This document shows, piece after piece, positions 10,727-18,967 of a DNA stretch of 64,000 nucleotides (within the stretch, counting starts at the first letter, position 1; the number at the start of each line of letters is the position of its first letter). The translations under genes and the position numbers were made by a program. This stretch comes from Gemmatimonadota bacterium (GTDB lineage: Bacteria; Gemmatimonadota; Gemmatimonadetes; Longimicrobiales; Gaopeijiaceae), in the NCBI GenBank assembly GCA_039589315.1, contig JBDHHQ010000053.1, positions 1-64,000 on the forward strand. Direction: 5' to 3'. The notes beneath the pieces were generated by a model. The model saw only the letters and a program-made list of their open reading frames with translations. It did no database searches and was not told the origin of the DNA.

Positions 10727-12190
10727 ATGAGAGACACACCATCACCCAAAGCGCGCCGTACCCTGGCCGCCATCATGTTCGCGGACATGGTGGGATACTC
10801 GGCACTGATGGCGGGCGACGAAGCTCGGGCCTACGAGGCGCGCGTCCGGTATCGCCGGGCGTTGGCCACGGCCACGGATCGTCACGGGGGTGAGGTAGTC
10901 CAGCACTATGGTGACGGCTCGCTCACGCTGTTCTCCAGCGCGGTCGAGGCTGCACGGGCCGGCGTGTTCCTGCAGCGCATGCTCCGGGTCGGTGATCCGG
11001 TGCCCGTCCGTATCGGGCTGCACCTGGCCGACGTCGTGCGCGACGAGGATGGAGTCTACGGATCCGGCGTAAACGTCGCCGCCCGCATCGAGTCTCTGGC
11101 AGCTGCCGGCTCGGTGGTGATCTCCGACCGGGTCGCTCGCGAGCTCTCCAACCAATCGGGGATCGACACCATCGCCCTGGGCACCGTGCAACTGAAGAAC
11201 ATCAAGGAGCCCATGGACGTCTACGCGCTGGACGACCCGGAGCTGGTGATCCCCGGGATGGGCGAGCTCACGATCCGCGCACAGCGGGCCGCGCAGGTCG
11301 ACAAGATGACGGTCACGGCCGGCAAGTGGATCTCCAGGCCCTCCTCCACCGCGGCACCCAAGACCGAGCCCACCGTCCAGGGACCCTTGGCCGGACTCCT
11401 CTACGAGCTGCACCGGCGGCGCGTCTTCCGGGTGATGGTGGGCTACCTGGTCGCGGTCATGGGCACGCTGACCGGTCTGGAGCACGTGGGACCGTCGCTG
11501 GGCCTGCCCGGCTGGGCGATCCGGGCTGCCGTCGCGGCGGCGCTGCTGGGACTGCCGGTCACGGTGGTGCTGGCGTGGGTGTACGACCTGACGCCAAGCG
11601 GCATCCTGCGAACCGGCCGTACACACCGCGACATTGGCCGCTTGGGGCTGGTAGCCTCCGGCGTCCTGCTGGTCGCGTCCGGCGTCCTGGCGGCTGCGGT
11701 GTCGAACGGCGACGTGACCTCGATGGCGGAGTCGGCACGCTTCCCGGCGGCCGCAGCGTCGAGTGACGCCCTGGCCGTGCTGCCGCTGTCGGCCATAGAC
11801 GATGACGACGACGGGTTCGCCGAGGCTCTGCACGAGAGCCTGGTGACCCGACTGGGTCGGGTGCCCGGTCTGCCGGTCCTGTCCCACGCTTCCGTGGAGT
11901 CTTACGACACCGCCTCGGCGGGCACGGATGGCGTGCGGCGACTGGGCGCCTCCCTGGCCCTGGAAGGCTGTGTCCAGCGGGCCGGCGGCAAGGTCCGCGT
12001 GCTGGTTCGCCTGGTCGACACCGAGCAGGACCGGCAGCTGTGGTCGGCCCAGTTCGACCGCGACTACTCCGAGGACGTGGCCCTGGAGCTGGAGAGCGAC
12101 ATCGCCGACGCCGTGGCCCAAGAGCTGGAGGAGCTGCTCTCGCCGCGGGCGTCGTCCCCGGTGCAGGCAGCCGCCCGGGTCGGAGCCTGA
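10727..12190 (+). CDS. Class III nucleotidyl cyclase with TM module and C-terminal TolB-like domain
   Basis: IMFADMVGYS, YGDG, RIGLH, VNVAARIE; then TM helices and LAVLPL..QLWSAQFDR. Confidence 0.88.
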   Translation: MRDTPSPKARRTLAAIMFADMVGYSALMAGDEARAYEARVRYRRALATATDRHGGEVVQHYGDGSLTLFSSAVEAARAGVFLQRMLRVGDPVPVRIGLHLADVVRDEDGVYGSGVNVAARIESLAAAGSVVISDRVARELSNQSGIDTIALGTVQLKNIKEPMDVYALDDPELVIPGMGELTIRAQRAAQVDKMTVTAGKWISRPSSTAAPKTEPTVQGPLAGLLYELHRRRVFRVMVGYLVAVMGTLTGLEHVGPSLGLPGWAIRAAVAAALLGLPVTVVLAWVYDLTPSGILRTGRTHRDIGRLGLVASGVLLVASGVLAAAVSNGDVTSMAESARFPAAAASSDALAVLPLSAIDDDDDGFAEALHESLVTRLGRVPGLPVLSHASVESYDTASAGTDGVRRLGASLALEGCVQRAGGKVRVLVRLVDTEQDRQLWSAQFDRDYSEDVALELESDIADAVAQELEELLSPRASSPVQAAARVGA

Positions 12191-12432
12191 GCCGATCACG
12201 GGACTGCCTCCTCGTCCTGCCTCACCCCGACTCCCCATCCCGAGGAGTCCAGCGAGCTTCCGCTGATCCTCGACCTCGGAGGACCCGCTCGACTCTCGAC
12301 CGATCGCGTGACCCCAAGGGCCCCCGCCCTTCGCGCCGGTAGCGTCCACCTCGCTCGCACCCGATGTTGTCTCCCCCATCTCGGCGGGGCCACCTGACGC
12401 CCGGTCGGACTTCACGGAACGGGAGAGAATCG

Positions 12433-12909
12433 ATGCGACGGATTCACCTCTGCGCCGGAGCCGTGCTGGCTCTGACCGTCCTGCCGGCGTCACCGCTGCG
12501 GGGTCAGTCCGCTGAGGACGAAGTCGTGCAGGTCGTCCAGGACCTGTTCGACGCCATGCGCGCTCGCGATCGGACCGCGCTGGAGGCGGTGTTCACGGAC
12601 GGGGCCCGGCTCTCGCGGGGAGTTACCGGCGCCGACGGCACGTTCGCCGTGCGCGACACGCCCATGGACCAGTTCATCGACGGCATCGTGTCCGCCGAGA
12701 CCGAGGCGCTGCTCGACGAGCGCATCTACAACCCAGAGGTGCGCATCGACGGCAACCTCGCGACGGTGTGGGTCGAGTACGACTTCTACCTGGGCGAGGA
12801 GTTCAGCCACTGCGGTGTGGACGCCTTCCAGCTCGCCCATGACGGCACCGCATGGAGGATCTTCCAGATCGCCGACACCCGGCAGCGGGAAGGGTGTCCG
12901 AGCCGGTGA
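12433..12909 (+). CDS. Secreted NTF2/SnoaL-like protein
   Basis: Signal peptide; LFDAMRARD..DERIYNPEVRIDGNLATVWVEYDFY..SHCGVDAFQL..WRI. Confidence 0.8.
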   Translation: MRRIHLCAGAVLALTVLPASPLRGQSAEDEVVQVVQDLFDAMRARDRTALEAVFTDGARLSRGVTGADGTFAVRDTPMDQFIDGIVSAETEALLDERIYNPEVRIDGNLATVWVEYDFYLGEEFSHCGVDAFQLAHDGTAWRIFQIADTRQREGCPSR

Positions 12910-13679
12910 GGGCCGGGCGTTGGGCCGGGCGCAGTGGTCCGTCGAGGCTGGCGGCGGTCGCCACCCTGGTGCTGGTGTCGAGCCTGGTGGCCTGCGGCTC
13001 CGAGTCGGGCCCAGACCTCGAGCGGCTCCGGAACCCGGCCGACTCGGCGTTCCAGGCTCAGGCACCGGACGACTTCCGGGTGCGCTTCGAGACCTCCCGC
13101 GGAGACTTCGTGATGGAGGTCCGGCGGGAGTGGGCTCCGAACGGCGCCGACCGCGTCCACAATCTGGTCCGAGCCGGCTACTACGACGAGGTCCGCTTCT
13201 TCCGCGTCGTGGAGGGATTCATGGCCCAGTTCGGCATCAACGGCGACCCCCAGACCGCCGTCGCGTGGGCGCAGCAGTCCATTCCCGACGATCCCCGGGT
13301 CCTGAGCAACACCCGGGGGACGGTCGCCTTCGGCATGCGGGGGCCGGGCACCCGCACCACGCAGCTCTTCATCAACTTCGTGGACAACTCGGCCCTCGAC
13401 GAACAGGGCTTCTCGCCGGTCGGCCAGATCGTCGAAGGCATGGACGTGGTCGACCAGATCTACGCCGGCTACGGCGAGATGGCGCCTCGCGGTGGGGGGC
13501 CCGCGCCCCAGTTCATCCCGGTGGCTGACGGCGGAACTGACGGCGGGTGGGGCGTTGGAGCTGGAATGGTAGGCGCCGGAGGCGCGCCCGTCGCCCTAGA
13601 ACAGATTCCCCTGAACGGGCCCGTGGGGGCCAGAAGCCGATCCGCGAGAGGGGCGTCTCTCGTCCGACCGACCCGTTGA
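12906..13679 (+). CDS. Cyclophilin-type peptidyl-prolyl isomerase, lipoprotein (C-terminus atypical)
   Basis: LVAC lipobox; FETSRGDF, WAPNGADR, FFRVVEGFMAQFGI, RTTQLFIN, GMDVVDQIY. GTG start overlapping the upstream stop is inferred. Confidence 0.82.
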   Translation: MRAGRWAGRSGPSRLAAVATLVLVSSLVACGSESGPDLERLRNPADSAFQAQAPDDFRVRFETSRGDFVMEVRREWAPNGADRVHNLVRAGYYDEVRFFRVVEGFMAQFGINGDPQTAVAWAQQSIPDDPRVLSNTRGTVAFGMRGPGTRTTQLFINFVDNSALDEQGFSPVGQIVEGMDVVDQIYAGYGEMAPRGGGPAPQFIPVADGGTDGGWGVGAGMVGAGGAPVALEQIPLNGPVGARSRSARGASLVRPTR

Positions 13680-14732
13680 TCGGGTCCGGCCGTTCCATCT
13701 TCGCAGACCCGGAATCACGACGTCCACATTCATGGTCTCGGGAGCGATCCGCCGAAGATACTCGGCCGTGAGGACCTGCCGAGCTACCGGCCCCGGCGGC
13801 CCGTCAGCCTCCAGGCGCAACACGGCGTCCGGCGGAACGGCGGCCACGGTGGCTCGCACCTCCCGCTCCAGCGCCTCCGCCGGGAGCGCCTGCACGCGGA
13901 GAGGACGGATCTCCATGGGCCGGGCTTCGAGGTCCTGAAAGGCCCACTGGGTCACCGATCCGCCGGCCGGGCATGGTGTCAACTCCATTGTCATGAAGCC
14001 CTTGGGCTCGTCCCGCTCGGCGAAAGCGGTCCGCTCCACGGAGCCCGGGTAGAACACGGGCGCCCGGCACGGACGCCCACGAAGGTCGGCATCCAGCACC
14101 TGAGAGCGGTGTATGTGCCCGGCCAGCACAGCAGCGAATCCGACAGGCACGTCGGCCAGCCTCACCACGTCGTGGCCTCGTCGGAACGTGAAGTTCGAGG
14201 GTCCTACCGTGGCGCCCTCGAAGGCCTGGTGCGCGACCAGTAGCCGAAGCCCGGCGTCCCCGGCCCTCCAACCCGTTCGGTCGAGCGCGTCCGGGAATCG
14301 CGTCCGGGCGTCGCGGCGGATGCAGGGAATCCCCGAAACCGCCACGGCAGCGCCGGCCACGGTCAGCCTCACCGTCCCGGACTCCTTGAACACGTGCACG
14401 CCCGGGTGATGGGCCAGCCAGTCGAACGGAATGCGGGACCGCTCGTGGTTTCCGGGCACCAGGAACACCGGGATGCCCGCGTCGGCTACCTCCTTGAGGG
14501 GCTCGAACGCCTGGTGGACGAGGCTGGCAGGCACATTTGGCTTGTGGAACACGTCGCCGCCGTGGACGACCAGATCGACGTGCTCGTCTATGGCGGTTCG
14601 CAGCGCTCGCCTGTAGTTGGCCAGGAAGTCGTGTCCCCGTCGCCGGCGCCGGACCTTTGGGCGCATGGGGTGGTCGAAGCCCAGGTGGGAGTCGGCGAGA
14701 AGGAGGACACGGATGGGGCGGGGATCGGCCAT
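13596..14732 (-). CDS. SbcD/Mre11-like metallophosphoesterase
   Basis: ADSHLG, GGDVFH, PGNHE, AHQ, AGHIH, YPGSVERTAFAE..KG motifs. Confidence 0.85.
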   Translation of the reverse strand: MADPRPIRVLLLADSHLGFDHPMRPKVRRRRRGHDFLANYRRALRTAIDEHVDLVVHGGDVFHKPNVPASLVHQAFEPLKEVADAGIPVFLVPGNHERSRIPFDWLAHHPGVHVFKESGTVRLTVAGAAVAVSGIPCIRRDARTRFPDALDRTGWRAGDAGLRLLVAHQAFEGATVGPSNFTFRRGHDVVRLADVPVGFAAVLAGHIHRSQVLDADLRGRPCRAPVFYPGSVERTAFAERDEPKGFMTMELTPCPAGGSVTQWAFQDLEARPMEIRPLRVQALPAEALEREVRATVAAVPPDAVLRLEADGPPGPVARQVLTAEYLRRIAPETMNVDVVIPGLRRWNGRTRSTGRSDERRPSRGSASGPHGPVQGNLF

Positions 14733-14801
14733 GAACTCGCGATCGAGAGCTCCGAGGCGGCGGTTGGAGAGAAGAACCCGAATATATGCCGAAACCACCC
14801 G

Positions 14802-15815
14802 CTACGAAAGAGCGACCGAATCCCCCACCTCGACCGGGAGCGGGATCTCGATCGACGAGCCGCCACCCGCTTGGAAAGGAATGAAGTACACGTCCAACTG
14901 GAAGCAACGCTCCCCCGCCATCCTCCGGAACTTGTGTACCGTCGGGGCGAACCAGGATTGGCTCTCCTCGCCTTTGAGCACGTGCCAGCAGACGTGCGGT
15001 GACTTGCCGACGATGGCCCGCGCGACCTGATCCAATAGCCCGTCGACCCAGGGCCCCGCTTCATGCGTGGCGTCTCTTTGCCACGTCGAGATCACCTGTT
15101 TCAGCGGCGTCCCCTCCCTGATGTCGGGCATTCCGAAGTGGCCGGCCGACTCCTGGTCACACGACTGTACCTCGGCCCTCGACAGGACCAACTCCCTGGC
15201 CCGCTGAAGGTCGGCCGTCCGAAGGACCTCTTCGACCTCGATCGGCAACCGCAGAGTGAGCTGCGAGAATGTTACTGATTCGTCAGTGGGCCCGAGGCCG
15301 AGAGACGCCAGAGTCTTCTGCAGCTCGTCGAAGAACTCTTCAGCGATCTCGTCGATCTCCTCAGAGTCCTCGTTCCACTGGGTCAGCGGGCGAGCTTGCC
15401 TGGGAAAGAACGTCGCATCGGTGAAGAACGTAGTGACGAAGCGGTGAACGTCGGTCCTCTTGCGAAGATCTACCCGGATCTCGTCTTCGAAGGGGTCGGG
15501 TACGTCGTCTGTACACTGAAAGACGAGGATCTCCGTGTCCCGGGTCTCCGGATCCAACGCCACACCGCACTCCCACATACAGAATGACCAATCCCTTTGA
15601 TCGGTCGTGTATAGGAGAATGAGCACCTCGGACCGGAACAGCTTGTCGAGCAGCTCGTCGTCCAACACCCGTCCGATCCTCAACCCCGCCCCGAACTCCG
15701 AGGACTGAAACACCTCGACCTGCCCGAGAGTCCGTTCCTCGATGAAGCTGCGGACCACGTCCGCCAACTTCTGGTCTTGATGTTTATGGCTCAGGAAGAC
15801 CATGGGCCTTGGCAT
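14802..15815 (-). CDS. TIR-domain protein with uncharacterised C-terminal domain
   Basis: VFLSHKHQD..FQSS..LILLYT..WSFCMWECG (Glu at the TIR catalytic position); SD GGAGG-n8-ATG. Confidence 0.8.
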   Translation of the reverse strand: MPRPMVFLSHKHQDQKLADVVRSFIEERTLGQVEVFQSSEFGAGLRIGRVLDDELLDKLFRSEVLILLYTTDQRDWSFCMWECGVALDPETRDTEILVFQCTDDVPDPFEDEIRVDLRKRTDVHRFVTTFFTDATFFPRQARPLTQWNEDSEEIDEIAEEFFDELQKTLASLGLGPTDESVTFSQLTLRLPIEVEEVLRTADLQRARELVLSRAEVQSCDQESAGHFGMPDIREGTPLKQVISTWQRDATHEAGPWVDGLLDQVARAIVGKSPHVCWHVLKGEESQSWFAPTVHKFRRMAGERCFQLDVYFIPFQAGGGSSIEIPLPVEVGDSVALS

Positions 15816-15871
15816 GACTCTATCCTCCGCGTGACTATGACACGCTCAATGCGTCACGTTGGTCTCTTCGT

Positions 15872-18526
15872 CTATGATCTGAATCCTCGCCGCCATTGCC
15901 TGGCGTCTCCGAACATGTGCTCGAGAGGAGCTTCACTCTCCGCGAGAAACAACAACGAGTCTCCGACCTTGATCTCGTATTCAAGGTCTTTGGGAGGGCT
16001 CGTGAGGTAGACGTCCCGGGCCTCTTCTCCGTTGCCCGTGTGACTGACGCCGTGCGAGGTCACGAATCCCGGCGCGCCGTTTCGGTGAATCGAGACCAAC
16101 AGCACTCCGAAATCTCTTCCGAGCAAGAGGGCCTTGTCGAACGTCTTACCTTCAAACTGCTCTTTCTCGTTTCCACTGACGGGCACCTCGATCAGCTCGC
16201 TGCCGCGCTCGACCGTGAAGACCTCCTCCATGAAGTGGCTGAGGCCGGGGTTGAGCACGCTGTGAGCCAGCAGTTGCTGGTCGAACTCCTGACCGCAGAC
16301 GATCTGATTCACGTGGATCGCCTCGAAGATCCCCCGATTCTCAGGATTGGTCAGCTCGACGACTGTGTGGAGCCGCGTATTCCGCTGCTTGCGCTCACAC
16401 TGCCGGTGTGCCTCCTTCTCCACCACCGAAGTGATGAAGAGCGTCTTGGCGTCCCGATCCTCTCGGTTGACGTTCTCGTCTGCCAATACCACAACCACAT
16501 CGGCACGGTCGAGCCGTGCATCCGACAGGTGAGCCAGCTTGCTCGGCGAACCGTCAACCACCAGGGTCGTCGCCAGCTCTTCGTCTTTGAGCGGCTCGCC
16601 CCCGAAGGGAGCCACCACCACGACGTTTCGACGGCGGCCCTGGAGCTGGCCACTCGAGAGTGAACGCACCAGCCCAGGCCCTCGTTTGTTCCAACCGCAG
16701 ATGATGACGTGGCCGTCCAGGTCACCCGAGGCGTCGTGAAGCTCCATTTTGAGACTCCTTGCGAATCGATCCGAAGCAATGACACCGAGGCCAAATACCA
16801 CTCCGGTTATGCCCAGAAGCCCGATCAGCGCGCTCGAGACCTTACCCCTCACGGACAGGGGGAATCTCTGGTCGTCGAACCCGCTGGCTGCGAAGACGAT
16901 CATCCAGATCAAGTTCTCACCGAACGTCAGGTTCACGAACTCGCTGTTCTCGCCCCGCTCGCGCGCATAGTCGATCTCGGCCATTTGCACGAACACGGAC
17001 CCGAAGAACAGGAGTACGATCACGAATACGGGGATCAATAGCTTGCGGTATCGCCCCGTGACGCCGTCTGGTCCTACCAGCGCCCCCACCCTTTTCGGGG
17101 ACAAGCGAAGCAGCGCACGGCGCGCCCTCTTCGAGAAGCCCAGAACCATGAACACGATCCCCAGGAAGGTGACGAGGACGACGCCCATCTTGAGGCGCCA
17201 ATACTCATACGTGAATGCGCAGGCCTTGCCGGCGTCGTCGCAGTACGTTTGGGCGGCTGCAGGATGAATCGGGATCGCGATACCGTCCGTGAGACCCGTG
17301 GTGCCAAGACTCGGCTGCCCGGGCAACGAGATTTCGTCAAGGTGATGAAGGAGTGCCTCCGTGACGCGATCGACCATCTTCGAAGAGAATAGGTCGGCCC
17401 GTGCCAGGAGGAGCGCTCGAATGCTGACGGTGGCGACGGAGGTCGAGTCATCGTCGTGTGTATGTTCGCCCTCGGATACGACGGCGCCCTCCGCGGCTGC
17501 AGACTCCTGGTGAAGCGCCTCCAGGATTTGCGCCAAGACCCTGCGGTCGCGCGCTTCGGGGGAGTCCGGCAGTGGCCTGTTGTCGACGTAGTAGGGGCGT
17601 TCCTCCGGGTCGACCAGGTGCTGGAGAAGCCCCTCTTCTAGAGAGACGTAATTGGCCTTGGCCTCCTCGACCATCTGGTCGACGGAGTCGGTCCTCATGG
17701 TCGTCAGGAAGACGAGGTCTGTAGTCGCCTCACCATCGTCACGGCCGCGGTCGGGATGGAGAAGGCGTGCCTCTGCCCGCGGGCCGATCCCTTCGTGGAG
17801 TTGGAGCGTGGGCACGCTGTCGAGCTCCGCGTGCGTTATCAGCTCCTCCAAGACGATCGTTGCGTTTGCCCGGGTACCGCTTCCCTCGGGTCCGATAGCG
17901 ACCCTCAGCGGCTCCTTGTCGGTCAGCATGGTCTTGAGCTCATGCGTGGTTCGCAGATGGAGCGACTCCCGCGCGATCAGAAGGACTTCCTCGTAATGGA
18001 GGCCCATCACGGCCCGGAGCCTGTCACCCCGTAGATTGAACAGGCGGTGAAACCACGTTTCGGCTTTACGCGCATCGAATGCGACATCGGATTGGGCGAT
18101 GGCAAGATCGGCCTCACCATCCGCCAATGCGCGCGCGTTTTCCCACGATCCGCTACTCGTCCGCAGTAAGACGGTGTAGGGCGTCTCGTCCTGGATGACC
18201 TTGGCGATGCGGCAACCGATCTTGTGGTAGTTACCCCCCGACGAACCGGTCCAGAGGATCAGCACTTTCGAGTTATCTGTCTCAGCGGACCGCTGAGGTA
18301 CCGGCCGGCATTGCGGACTGGTGGTGAATTCCGCGTAGGCATAGAACTCGCCCGCAGTTGAATCGCTGAACTGCAGCTTGGGGTTGGATCTCACGGCGAG
18401 GAAGACCATGACGAGGGCGAACGCCACCCCAGCCAGGCTCCAGATCTGAGCGCGAGAGGGGCGATACCGCTCCAGGAGGCGATGGTGCTTCTCGGGAAGC
18501 CGAGCGGGATACATGGGAGACCTCAC
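15872..18526 (-). CDS. TAXI solute-binding domain - 2TM ion channel - RCK (TrkA-N/C) fusion
   Basis: TAXI motifs TGSSGGNY, SSGSWEN, LAIAQSD, AIGPEGSGT, PIHPAA; pore LTFGENLIWMIVFAASGFDD..P.S.RGK; RCK GHVIICGWN, DGSPS, ADVVVVLAD, NPG, IKVGDSLLFL. Start may be ATG 18514. Confidence 0.82.
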   Translation of the reverse strand: MRSPMYPARLPEKHHRLLERYRPSRAQIWSLAGVAFALVMVFLAVRSNPKLQFSDSTAGEFYAYAEFTTSPQCRPVPQRSAETDNSKVLILWTGSSGGNYHKIGCRIAKVIQDETPYTVLLRTSSGSWENARALADGEADLAIAQSDVAFDARKAETWFHRLFNLRGDRLRAVMGLHYEEVLLIARESLHLRTTHELKTMLTDKEPLRVAIGPEGSGTRANATIVLEELITHAELDSVPTLQLHEGIGPRAEARLLHPDRGRDDGEATTDLVFLTTMRTDSVDQMVEEAKANYVSLEEGLLQHLVDPEERPYYVDNRPLPDSPEARDRRVLAQILEALHQESAAAEGAVVSEGEHTHDDDSTSVATVSIRALLLARADLFSSKMVDRVTEALLHHLDEISLPGQPSLGTTGLTDGIAIPIHPAAAQTYCDDAGKACAFTYEYWRLKMGVVLVTFLGIVFMVLGFSKRARRALLRLSPKRVGALVGPDGVTGRYRKLLIPVFVIVLLFFGSVFVQMAEIDYARERGENSEFVNLTFGENLIWMIVFAASGFDDQRFPLSVRGKVSSALIGLLGITGVVFGLGVIASDRFARSLKMELHDASGDLDGHVIICGWNKRGPGLVRSLSSGQLQGRRRNVVVVAPFGGEPLKDEELATTLVVDGSPSKLAHLSDARLDRADVVVVLADENVNREDRDAKTLFITSVVEKEAHRQCERKQRNTRLHTVVELTNPENRGIFEAIHVNQIVCGQEFDQQLLAHSVLNPGLSHFMEEVFTVERGSELIEVPVSGNEKEQFEGKTFDKALLLGRDFGVLLVSIHRNGAPGFVTSHGVSHTGNGEEARDVYLTSPPKDLEYEIKVGDSLLFLAESEAPLEHMFGDARQWRRGFRS
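16745..16760 (-). promoter_or_regulatory. Internal ribosome-binding site and in-frame ATG at the start of the RCK domain
   Basis: AAGGAG-tctcaaa-ATG on the minus strand; Met594 of the ORF-track protein. Confidence 0.55.
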
Positions 18527-18967
18527 AGAGGGCCTGGTGTGGGACTCGACACCGGCGGCAATGCAGACTTATTGGATGCGGTCGCCTAGGAACCGCTTCG
18601 AAGACGAGGAGCTAGCGCGGGCGCTCCGGACTTGGTTGGCTCTGATGCACACCCGAGGATCGGGCTGGTCGCGTTGGGGCGGGGGGGCGGCCCTGTTTCG
18701 CGACTCTCGGTCGTTCACGATAGTTGACACGAACCACTGTGGTATGCAAGGAAAACCTCACTAGCGCCGAATCGCGGAGTCACCGATCGAGGACTTGAAG
18801 GGCCGCTTCGATGCGGGGCGACTCGGAACGAGCGAACGTTGTGGCGGCGCAGTGAACCAACCCCGGGGCACATGACCTTCGCGGAAGCGATTCTCTTGTT
18901 CCTATCCCGGTCCCCACGAAGATTGCAGGGTCGCTGCCCAGCCCCCGGTCAGCCAACCCCGCCTCCC

